Assembly: GCA_964019335.1 (NCBI GenBank)
Contig: OZ025740.1
Coordinates: 186,001-250,000 of the forward strand
DNA length: 64,000 nt
Direction of reading: 5' to 3'
From: Diplonema japonicum
Taxonomy: Eukaryota; Protista; Euglenozoa: Diplonemea
The notes beneath the pieces are model-generated. The model saw only the letters and a program-made list of their open reading frames with translations. It searched no databases and was not told the origin of the DNA. Within the stretch, counting starts at the first letter, position 1, and the number at the start of each line of letters is the position of its first letter. Shown piece by piece: positions 46,391-56,433 of the stretch. A program made the translations under genes and the position numbers.

Positions 46391-48837
46391 TAGGGCTATG
46401 CTGGCAGGAAACGTGGAAACGTTTCCGTTTCCGTTTCCGTTTCCGTTTCCGTTTCCATGTTTTCAAAATTCTCATGGAAACGCGTTTCCATGGTTATGGA
46501 AACGGCTATGTATATTTCGGTAAACACTGTTTGGAAGGTCCTTATTTATTTGGGGTTTTTGAAGATACTTACTTTTTTGGGGTTTTACAAGGAAAGCGCA
46601 CGTCGGTCTCTACAAAAACGAAAGTAAACACCAGAGAAAGCACCCCCTGGGAGACGCTTTGTGGGATGGGGTGGAGGTTCAGGCGGAGGATGGGAAGAAG
46701 AAGACAGTAAAATGTCGCTTCTGTGATATGGTCTTCACAGTAGCGTCAACCAGCAGACTCCGCGCCCACATGTTCCAAACAAAAGGCCAAGGAGTAGCGA
46801 CGTGTGTCCCCAAAGGGGATAGTGTGGAGCCCCACAAGAAGCTGTTGGAGAAAGCGACAGCGGAGGCGAAGGCTGAGGCAGAGGGAACGAAGAAGCGTAA
46901 AGTGGAGAACAGGCCAATGACGCCATTTTTAACTGCTACAAGCACGCCAGACGACGTGGACAGGGCTGTTCGGGATTTCTTTCTCGAAACCGGGACCCCA
47001 TTTTTGAGGGTCGAACATCGGTATGATGTTTATCTGTTTCGTGTCCTCTTATATTTTCTGTTCACAGAACATTCAAGGCACTGTTTGAGAAGGTGAAGCG
47101 CCTTCCGCTCGGGGCCACGTACGAGCTACCGGACAGGAAAGCTCTGAGCGGAAGGCTGGTTGACGACGCTGTTCAAAAAATGGATGCCACAATCGCATCC
47201 TTCATCGAAACCCAGAAGACAACTGGGCTCACCTTGACGCACGACGGGTGGACAACCCCGAGGAAGGCGGCAATTTTTAATGCCATCCTCTGCACCGTTG
47301 ATACGTCCTGGTACGTAGGAAACGCAACAATGAAGGAGAAGAAAACGATGGAAACAATCGCGACATTCGTGCACTCCACTGTTGCGGGGCTGGATGAGGA
47401 GGTGAAGAGCAAGTGGTGCATGTTTGCGTCGACGGCGCTTGTGCGCTCGCTCTCCCGATCATTGAGACAAAACTCCCACACGTCATGGGAAGCCTCTGCA
47501 TGTTACACACCTGTGACCTCATCTTTGAGGACCATTGCGACTGGAACAAGAAATCAACACGTGAACGGTTCAGTTTCATCGGCGAAATATGCAAGGACAG
47601 TGTCGAGTTTGTACGGTGGTGGAAAACCCGTGAGAGATTGGTGACAATACTCAAGGAAAAGAATGCGCTCACCATGCTGTGTCCTATCGACACACGCATG
47701 GGAACGACATTTATCTGTCTCCAACGTTTGCAGAGGCTCAAAGCATCACTGAGGAGTGTTGTCTCCTCTGAAGCCTACACGGACTGGAAAAAATCGCAAA
47801 AAAGTGCTGCCGCGAGGAGTGCTGCGGACACTCGCAGGGCCCAAGTTATCGGAGACGAGTTTTGGGACAACGTAGACGAGATGTGTAGATTGACTGTACC
47901 GACGTGGCACTTCCTTCGTGTGCTGGATAAAGACGGTGCGCCAGGCGAATTACCTGCAATCAACGTCGGCAACGTAAGGCTGAAGTGGGAGACGTTCGTC
48001 ACTGAAATAGGTCAGCTGGAACTCAGCCCTCTGCTCACGGCAGAGCGCAGAGCTGACCTAGTGCTGCACGCGAAGGAGCGTTGGGTCTACGCAGAAAGGC
48101 CCATCCACCACTGTGGATACGCACTCAACCCCATAACAAGGGAGGCAGCCCGCGGGTGCGAGAAAGCAAAGCGCATGCTGCCCGAGTCGGAAGCGCTTGA
48201 TGGCCTTGAAGAGTGGGAGGCGTGGTCCTCCACGCCACTGGAGTTCGGCATGGCCACACAGGCAGCCCACCCAGACAGGCAGGACAAGTGGCCTGCTTAC
48301 AAATGGTGGTCGCAGTTTGGGGGGAGATTCCGCATTCTGCAGAAGGTGGCGTGCTTGGTGCTAGGCCAAATTGTCACTGTTGCGCCGAGTGAGAAGGGAT
48401 GGGCTGTGTACGCTGATGTCATGGGGAAAAAGAGATTCAGCCTGAACGAAGACAGGTCTGTTCTCACCCGTCTTCTCCCCCCGTAAGTTTACATACAGGG
48501 CACACAGCATGACTCGCATCAAATACAACACGAAGAACTGGACACTCACACAGGCGGCACAATCATACTTTGACGTCGATGAAGACAGCGAGTCGGATTG
48601 AAATGTTGTTTTATTTCCCCAGGGCGCCACCAACACTGGCCCCCTTTGTCTCGTATATTTCTTCCGAGTGATTTGCCCCCCAAAAAATAAGTCTCTAAAA
48701 CCCCCAAAATAAGGAAACGTTTCTGCCCCAAGGAAACGGCCCCAAAATAGGGAAACGTTTCCGTTTCCGTTTCCGTTTCCGTTTCCCTTTTTTTCAAAAA
48801 ATGCATGGAAACGCGTTTCCATGCCAGCATAGCCCTA
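46391..48837 (+). mobile_element. hAT transposon (BED finger, DUF659-type), transposase about 46659-48601
   Basis: TIR TAGGGCTATGCTGGCA / TGCCAGCATAGCCCTA. Motifs KCRFC..RLRAH, THDGWT, CVDGA, CMLH, YALNP and WWSQFG..SEKGW. Introns at 47021-47067 and 48456-48498; one frameshift near 47410. Confidence 0.93.
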
Positions 48838-49010
48838 GGGGGGGGGGGGGGGGGGGGGAACAAACAAAAAAATAATTCTTTATGACTATATGTCTTTGTT
48901 GTTCGCACGAGCAAAAAAGATTTTTAAAAAGCTGCGAAAGTTTTTTGCTCGGCACAAGTTGCATATAGTTATAAAATCATTTTTTGAAAGATAAATATTT
49001 GTAACAAAAA

Positions 49011-51212
49011 CTAAAACGAACTGAAGTTGTCCTTCGTCATGCATTTCTCAGCTACTTTATTGAGTCTTCCTTCTGCGGGTTGGCCATTCATGTCGCCACC
49101 AATGGCCACATCTTCCCGAAGACTGGTTACAACATAGTTCTTTGTGATCCCATGAATGCTGTAGGTGTTATTCCCCACTGCGGCCGTCCTTCTGAGTTCG
49201 CAGTGCATGCCCAGAACATTGCAGGTCTCCGCCACCGTCCCATACAGGCAGAACACATCCCCGCCCCTCGCCTCCGTGCACAGCATCGATGACAGTTCCA
49301 CACACTCCCCGAGAACAGCCACGTACTTCTGAGAAGTTGTCCCCACTGTCCCGTGCCGTGCTGCACTCGTCGACAGGCCCACAGCCATTGTACTAAGCCT
49401 TTCGTTGTGCTGAGCCGCTGCTTGGAGCATCCCCACAAATGCAAGGGAGTTCTCCACATGGGTCCAGCACTCACGCGACATGTTCCACCCCACCGCCACC
49501 CTGCTCCCCTGAAGTGACACGATCACCCCGTGAGACCTCTCGCTGCACACGTACACCCGAGACAGCACCTCGTTAATCAGGTAGTTCAGTTCTATTCCAT
49601 TGAGCTTGTCATATTGGATCTCAACATGGCCCACACTTCCCCTCTTGTGCTGAAGAAGCTCCGTAGTGTGCCTTGGACTCGAAAAGCTAGGTGATCTAAG
49701 GCTGGTGGTTTCCGTATCCCTGTTGTTCTCACTCTCTTGTTTGGCACCTCGGTTCAGACATTGCTCAACATAAGACCGCCGCCCCTCCAAACCCTGCGGA
49801 AGCAGGATGAAGGGCCGCGTCACTTCCAGACCTTTCAGAACAGTGTTCCCCATTGCTATGACACACACAGTCCCAAGGTCCCCAACCTCATCCATCACCT
49901 CGGGGGTCACAGCGACAGCACCAGCCACACATGCCCCTTCCATCCGAGCCGCCTTGTTCACAGTGCCCCCGAAGTAGTCGTACCTCTTCGTCAACTCGTT
50001 CATCTGAAGTTCCACCTCACCACAGTGAACCCCAACACGAACCCTGAGCCCACACCAAGGGCCATCGTCCTGATGGGAACAGCGATCAAGGAAAAGGAGG
50101 CTCGGAGGCCAACTGCCGACAACAAGCTCCTGCTGAAGAGAGAGACCGAAGGAGACAGCCGAGGCCGCTGTCTCAAAGGCTACCATGAAGGCGTCCCCAA
50201 TGGTCTTCACCTCGTAGCCCCCCTCACACACAATGCCATTTCGGATGACCTTGTTGTGAACCTGAAGTGCCTCCTTCATCCCCTTGGGACATGCCTCCCA
50301 CAACCCAGTCGACCCTTGGATGTCTGTGAAGACAAGTGAAGCACGGCCCGTCTCAACCCCAGGTACGGCAACATGAGGTGACAGAGCACATGACTTAGTG
50401 TGCATCGCGTGAAAAAGTGCATCAGGGAGGTAGGGACGGTACTCAGTGAGGTTGGAGAGGATGCTCTCGAAGGCGTCGTGGAGGGGTAGGGGGAGGGATG
50501 AGGTGCTGATGGTCTCCTCCGCGGACTGCAGGTCGAAGCGTGACAGGGCGACAGCAATCTCCTCGGTGGCGGTGATCACGTTCAGCATAGTTTTTCGTTC
50601 CTTTTGAAGGTCCGAAGCAAAGCCACGCGTGAAGAAGAAGTCAAGGAGGAAGATCGCCACCTGCATGGAAAAGTTGCTGAATACAGTGAGGAAGTCCGTT
50701 GTGCACGGTGGATGGGCACAGTCGCATTGTTGTTTCCTCTCGTGGTAGGGGGGGGCGAAGGGCTCCTGGACATCGAGAAGGCCGAAGCGGAAGATCTTTT
50801 CAAAGGAAATAACAAGGAGCCAGGTGATCACTATCGCAATGAGGTACTTGTTCACACGGACAGGGAGGTAGCACACAAGCGCCATGTCAATAAAAACAAC
50901 AAAAGACGGCCACATAGTAACACCGTTGGCTGCTTGCTGTCTGCAATCCATGAAGAGGACAGTGAACGCAAAAATATACAGTAGTATCTCCATTGAGCTG
51001 TCCAGTAGTTTCTTCTGGCAAAGCAGGTATACCAGTATACTTGTTAAGTAACCTACCGCGGGAATGACAACAATGATCCGTTCCCAACCGCTAACAAGCA
51101 TGAACAGTGTACAAGACCACACCGCTGCGAAGAAAAGAAGGAGCATTTTCTTCTTGAACACTGTGACAGGGTCATCATCAGGAAGCAAAGCGTAGCTGAA
51201 GAGTTTGTCCAT
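49011..51212 (-). CDS. Adenylate cyclase-like protein, copy 2
   Basis: Same motifs as copy 1. Likely start is the ATG at 51212. Confidence 0.92.
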   Translation of the reverse strand: MDKLFSYALLPDDDPVTVFKKKMLLLFFAAVWSCTLFMLVSGWERIIVVIPAVGYLTSILVYLLCQKKLLDSSMEILLYIFAFTVLFMDCRQQAANGVTMWPSFVVFIDMALVCYLPVRVNKYLIAIVITWLLVISFEKIFRFGLLDVQEPFAPPYHERKQQCDCAHPPCTTDFLTVFSNFSMQVAIFLLDFFFTRGFASDLQKERKTMLNVITATEEIAVALSRFDLQSAEETISTSSLPLPLHDAFESILSNLTEYRPYLPDALFHAMHTKSCALSPHVAVPGVETGRASLVFTDIQGSTGLWEACPKGMKEALQVHNKVIRNGIVCEGGYEVKTIGDAFMVAFETAASAVSFGLSLQQELVVGSWPPSLLFLDRCSHQDDGPWCGLRVRVGVHCGEVELQMNELTKRYDYFGGTVNKAARMEGACVAGAVAVTPEVMDEVGDLGTVCVIAMGNTVLKGLEVTRPFILLPQGLEGRRSYVEQCLNRGAKQESENNRDTETTSLRSPSFSSPRHTTELLQHKRGSVGHVEIQYDKLNGIELNYLINEVLSRVYVCSERSHGVIVSLQGSRVAVGWNMSRECWTHVENSLAFVGMLQAAAQHNERLSTMAVGLSTSAARHGTVGTTSQKYVAVLGECVELSSMLCTEARGGDVFCLYGTVAETCNVLGMHCELRRTAAVGNNTYSIHGITKNYVVTSLREDVAIGGDMNGQPAEGRLNKVAEKCMTKDNFSSF

Positions 51213-51282
51213 TTCGAGGAAACCTGGGTGTTGGGTTTGGTATTCAAACAGTTTAAAACAAAAAGGCCAAAAAAAAAAAAAA

Positions 51283-53795
51283 CTCGATAAAATTTCAGTG
51301 TGCATGGGGGTGCTCACTGTTCAGGTAGAAATTCACACTAATCGGTCACCGTTCTGCGGTTGCTGTCTGGTGCCTGCGGTGGCTGTTTGTCGCGATGAGA
51401 TGGACGGCATCTGGGCGAGAAACATTGCTTGGAGTCGTGCTAGGTAGGGGGGGGTTTGGCTCGAGGAGAAGAGTGGTCTCCTGTCGTAGCCGTGTGCCGT
51501 CGGGCCCCCAAGATGTCGAAGGGTATGCACCCTTGATTTGGCGCTGGCGGGGAAGGCTGACCTTCCACAGCGTGCTGAGCATTTCTGGATGCGACCCAAG
51601 ATGTATCGCATCCTTGCGGCCTTCTCCGTGAGCAAGTCTTGATCGTCGAGGGGACCTATGAGCGACCGGCGGGTGGTCTGCTCATAGTCTATGGCGAGTT
51701 CCATTGTCGTGACGGAAGTTTTCTCTTACCATCGTACCATCGTAGGCCTCTTAGCCACTTGAGGACGTTCTTCAAATGAAAGGTCAGGACCGCGCCTGAC
51801 GCCCCGTTCGCCTTCAGCAACGCTTCCGTCGGAACATCATGTTGCCTCCCTGTCGTTACCTCATCCCAAGGGTTGGAGGTGAGCACTCTCTTGCTTTTTT
51901 CCGCTGCTCTGGCGTCACGGACCGTCACTACTTTCAGGAGGTATTGTTGCACCATCCTGGCACGTTCTTTCCTGCTTTGTCGGCCCCTCTTGGGACTATC
52001 CCGTGAAGGGCTGTGGCAGCTGGGAGGCCTTCTCGCTTCACCTCTGCGTATTGCTCGCTTTCCAACACACTCCTTGCCGGCTCGCACTCCCACAGTGCAT
52101 GCTCCGTCATGCTGGTCGTTGTCTGGGACCGGTGGTCGCAAACGTCACACGCTAATGCTGGGTTTTCCACACCAGGGCCATCCAATTTTCTCCCCCACAC
52201 CCTCCCCTCGGGTGAGTCGTGAACACTGCACCACTAATGATGCGCCGCAACCTAAAGGACACCAACGGTCTCCGGGCCTGGAGCTTTTTCCACCAATAGT
52301 TCGTGGACGGGCACGCCCCTGCCTCCATCCCCACGAAGGTTGATCTCTTCTCGATCAGCCTCTTCGCAACTGCCGGTCTGATGGCACTTTGTGAGCCACC
52401 GCTGTATCTCCGTGCAGGTCGGCCACAAAGGACCATCCCTTCCCCAGAAAGGGGAGCCATCTGTTCCGCAGGACTCCAATCGGACCCATCACCTCATCGT
52501 CATCACGGTCCTGGTATAGACCAATGATCTCACCAACACGCTGCCGCAAACGCGGAGAGGCCAGGCTCTCCCGGACCAAGCTGTTTATCGTTCCGTAGAT
52601 GACCTTCGACAACGGATGTGCCGTATGCCCTGGCAGCAGAACGTTCAGTACAGACACGGGGTTTCTCATCCCGAACTGGGGGCCCCACAAGGAGATCACT
52701 GCCGCTGTACACATCTTCTTCAGCTGGTCGTCCGAGGGTGCCGCATACGTCGCTCCGTACAGACACGACGGCAGCACAGTGCTCGTCAACATCGTCGACT
52801 TGTTCTCAAACCCTAGTGGCAAAGCTCCGAGACGGGTCAGGCGTCCCTCCGCTGCGTCCAGCTTGTCCAGCCTGTGATTCCCATCCATGTTCAGGTTCAC
52901 GCCAAGTGATTTGATCTCCCTAGCTACCTTGAACGAGGAACCGGTGCATACTAGACTAGGGCCGATCTCGTTTTTCGTCGAGAATCCCTGCGACTTCTTT
53001 CCGTTGAGGCGCATCTCTGTCCGGTCCCCGAACTCGATCACCTTGTTGGTCGCCCTTGTCAGGACCTCCGCTAAACGCGCCAGGAGGTACACGTCATCCG
53101 CGTACGAAAGTGACCAAGCTCCTGGTACTTCCGTCATCACGCACTTCACCATCACCGACACCAAGGCGTTCACCATGATTACCGAGATGGGGCACCCTTG
53201 CAGGATACCATTCGTCACTCGGAACTCTGAGCCAACACCTGTCGGGAAACGGAATCGCCACTTCAGGTTCGCATACATAGCTTTCAAGGGGGTCAGTATC
53301 CGCTCGTGCAAACCGAGATCTTGCATCAGGCCAAAAGCTATCTGCTGTGGGACTCTGTCGAAGCACTTGACAAAATCCAACGCAATGCCGTTGAGAGGGG
53401 TGCCTGTCAACAGCGCCTCTTCGAGCTGTGTACTGAGCTCCATCAGAATGCTATCCGTGCCTCTCTTCGGTCTGAAACCATGCTGAGAGTCGTCGATCCA
53501 CTTCTCTTGCCACAGCGTGATGTCACGCAGCCTCGCACATGCCCACAGCCGATAGACCGCGCTCGTGACTGTGATCGGCCGATGGTTCAGAGGAGTTCTC
53601 TCGCCACCCTTCGGGATCAACGTCACCAGCGCTGTCAGGAGTGCTTTCGGCCACTTCCCTGTCGTCTCGATTGCGTTGAACAGCTCGGCCCAAGCATCCA
53701 GCAGTACTACCGGCATGGCACGCAGTTCCGCCATCCTCCATCCATCCACCCCTGGAGCCGTTCTCGTTGACTTCTTGGCCAACACCGCCCTCAAA
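51283..53795 (-). mobile_element. 5'-truncated non-LTR retrotransposon (LINE) with reverse transcriptase
   Basis: RT motifs APGVDG, LIPK, RPITV, QHGFR, LDFVKCFD, QGCPIS and YADD. A downstream CDVC..H.LWEC zinc motif and ELAIDYE domain lie in shifted frames. Confidence 0.93.
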
Positions 53796-54177
53796 AAAAA
53801 AACAAAAAAAAAAAGAAGAAGAATGCTCACTTTGGTTGCTTCATAAACCGCCTGGCGTACGAGCAACTTCTTAACCGCGCTAGCGGATGTTGCCGTGCTG
53901 AAGGAAGAGAATGGGAGAGTAGGATCAACAATGGTCCCCCCCCCCCCTAATGACTCGCTTAAGGGGAGGGGTCGTTACACACCTAGATCGGTCAAAAGTA
54001 CTCTTGTCCCATGACAGAAGAAGTACAAAAAGTCCTTTGGGGAAAGGGGTAAAGCCCTATTTGAGGACCAGAATAATTTGAAGATATGCGCTTAACCATC
54101 TTTAAAATCGGGTTTGTAAACTCTGATGAAAATCAGAAATAGAAAGGTGGTAAAAACAACTCGTGTATATCAGTCCC

Positions 54178-56286
54178 TTACTCCCCTGTGAAACCGGTCA
54201 CCACGTTGTCCCTTGTGATCCCATGAACATTGTAGGTATAGTTCCCCATTGTCACTGTCCTGTTGAGATAGCAGTTCATGCCCAGAACATTGCAGGTCTC
54301 CGCCACCGTCCCATACAGGCAGAACACATCCCCGCCCCTCGCCTCCGTGCACAGCATCGATGACAGTTCCACACACTCCCCGAGAACAGCCACGTACTTC
54401 TGAGAAGTTGTCCCCACTGTCCCGTGCCGTACTGCACTCGTCGACAGGCCCACAGCCATCGACTTCAGTCTTTCGCTGTGCTGAGTGGTTGCTTGGAGCA
54501 TCCCAACAAACGCAAGGGAGTTCTCCACATGGGTTTGGCAGGTGCGTGACATGTTCCACCCCACCGCCACCCTGCTCCCCTGAAGTGACACGATCACCCC
54601 GTGAGACCTCTCGCTGCACACGTACACCCGAGACAGCATCTCGTTCATCAGCAAGCTCACCTCCATGTCCCTGAGTTTGTCATATTGGATCTCAACATGG
54701 CCCACACTTCCTCTATTTTGTTGAAGAAGCTCAGCAACGTGACCTGCGCTTGAAAAGTTGGATGTACGATCAGAAGAGACATTGTCGCTTGTGGACTTTC
54801 TTTTAGTTTTTCGGTTCAGACATTGCTCAACATAAGACCGCCGCCCCTCCAAACCCTGCGGAAGCAGGATGAAGGGCCGCGTCACTTCCAGACCTTTCAG
54901 AACAGTGTCCCCCATTGCTATGACACACATAGCCTCAAAGTCCCCAACCTCATCCATCACCTCGGGGGTCACAGCGACAGCACCAGCCACACATGCCCCT
55001 TCCATCCGAGACGCCTTGTTCACAGTGCCCCCGAAGTAGTCGTACCTCTTCGTCAACTCGTTCATCTGAAGTTCCACCTCACCACAGTGAACCCCAACAC
55101 GAACCCTGAGCCCACACCAAGGGCCATCGTCCTGACGGGAACAGCGATCAAGTAAAAGGAGGCTTAGAGGCCAACTGCCGACAACAAGATCTTCTTGAAG
55201 AGAGAGACCGAAGGAGACAGCCGAGGCCGCTGTCTCAAAGGCTACCATGAAGGCGTCCCCAATGGTCTTCACCTCGTAGCCCCCCTCACACACAATGCAA
55301 CTTCGGATGACCTTGTTGTGAACCTGAAGTGCCTCCTTCATCCCCTCGGGACATGCCTCCCACAACCCAGTCGACCCTTGGATGTCTGTGAAGACAAGTG
55401 AAGCACGGCCCGTCTCCTTCCCAGGTGCCACAAAGGTCGGCAGGCTTCCAGAACCAAATGTATCTGCCTCAGTGTGCATCTTGTAAAAAAGTGCATCAGG
55501 GAGGTAGGGACGGTACTCAGTGAGGTTGGAGAGGATGCTCTCGAAGGCGTCGTGGAGGGGTAGGGGGAGGGATGAGGTGCTGATGATCTCCTCCGCGGAC
55601 TGCAGGTCGAAGCGTGACAGGGCGACAGCAATCTCCTCGGTGGCGGTGATCACGTTCTGCATAGTTTTTCGTTCCTTTTGAAGGTCTGAAGCAAAGCCAC
55701 GCGTGAAGTAGAAGTCAAGGAGGAAGATCGCTACTTGTGTACTAAAAATGTCCACTACACCTGGAACGTCCCTTGTGCACGGTGGATGGGCACAGTCGCA
55801 TTGTTGTTTCCTCTCGTGGTAGGGGGGGAGGAAGGGCCCGGGGACATCGAGGAGGCCGAAGCGGAAAGCTTCTTCAGCAGAGGAAACAACGAGCCAGGTG
55901 AGCACTATCACAATGAGGTTCCTGTTCACACGGACAGGGAGGTAGCACACAAGCGCCATGTCAATAAAGACGACAAAGATCGGCCAAAACCGCCCCCCAC
56001 TGAGAGCTTGCTGTCTGCAGTCTAGAAGGACGGCACTGAACGCAGCGCCATACAAAAGTAGCTCCACTGAGGTATTAGGAACTTTCTTCTGGGTAACCAG
56101 CTGAAGTGATGCAGCTAGCATGGAAAGTACAGCGGGAAGAGACAAAATAAACCGCTCCCATGCAGCAACAAGCATCAATAACGTACATATCCACCCAGCT
56201 AGGGTAATGAGAAGTACCATTTTTTTTTTGAACACCGTGACGGAGTCGTCCTCAGGAAGCAGGATGTAGCTAAAGAAACCGAACAT
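54178..56286 (-). CDS. Adenylate cyclase-like protein, copy 3
   Basis: 702 aa with the class III cyclase motifs of copy 1. Confidence 0.92.
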   Translation of the reverse strand: MFGFFSYILLPEDDSVTVFKKKMVLLITLAGWICTLLMLVAAWERFILSLPAVLSMLAASLQLVTQKKVPNTSVELLLYGAAFSAVLLDCRQQALSGGRFWPIFVVFIDMALVCYLPVRVNRNLIVIVLTWLVVSSAEEAFRFGLLDVPGPFLPPYHERKQQCDCAHPPCTRDVPGVVDIFSTQVAIFLLDFYFTRGFASDLQKERKTMQNVITATEEIAVALSRFDLQSAEEIISTSSLPLPLHDAFESILSNLTEYRPYLPDALFYKMHTEADTFGSGSLPTFVAPGKETGRASLVFTDIQGSTGLWEACPEGMKEALQVHNKVIRSCIVCEGGYEVKTIGDAFMVAFETAASAVSFGLSLQEDLVVGSWPLSLLLLDRCSRQDDGPWCGLRVRVGVHCGEVELQMNELTKRYDYFGGTVNKASRMEGACVAGAVAVTPEVMDEVGDFEAMCVIAMGDTVLKGLEVTRPFILLPQGLEGRRSYVEQCLNRKTKRKSTSDNVSSDRTSNFSSAGHVAELLQQNRGSVGHVEIQYDKLRDMEVSLLMNEMLSRVYVCSERSHGVIVSLQGSRVAVGWNMSRTCQTHVENSLAFVGMLQATTQHSERLKSMAVGLSTSAVRHGTVGTTSQKYVAVLGECVELSSMLCTEARGGDVFCLYGTVAETCNVLGMNCYLNRTVTMGNYTYNVHGITRDNVVTGFTGE

Positions 56287-56433
56287 TGTTATGTGGCATC
56301 CTGTGTGTTGGGTTTGGTAAATGATTACTCAGACTTCTAAACCAAATGATTACAAAATTTTACAGTGTACCCTTTATCGGCCACCAGCATGTCAGAACAG
56401 TACCTGGAAATGGAAAATTCCAAGGCTTCAATG

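Noticed and set aside
53790-53830. Possible GT-AG intron at the 5' end of the RT ORF
   Set aside because: The AG lies within LINE-like coding sequence (LRAVL), and splicing 41 nt would shift the frame. It is more likely a 5' truncation junction in a T-tract.
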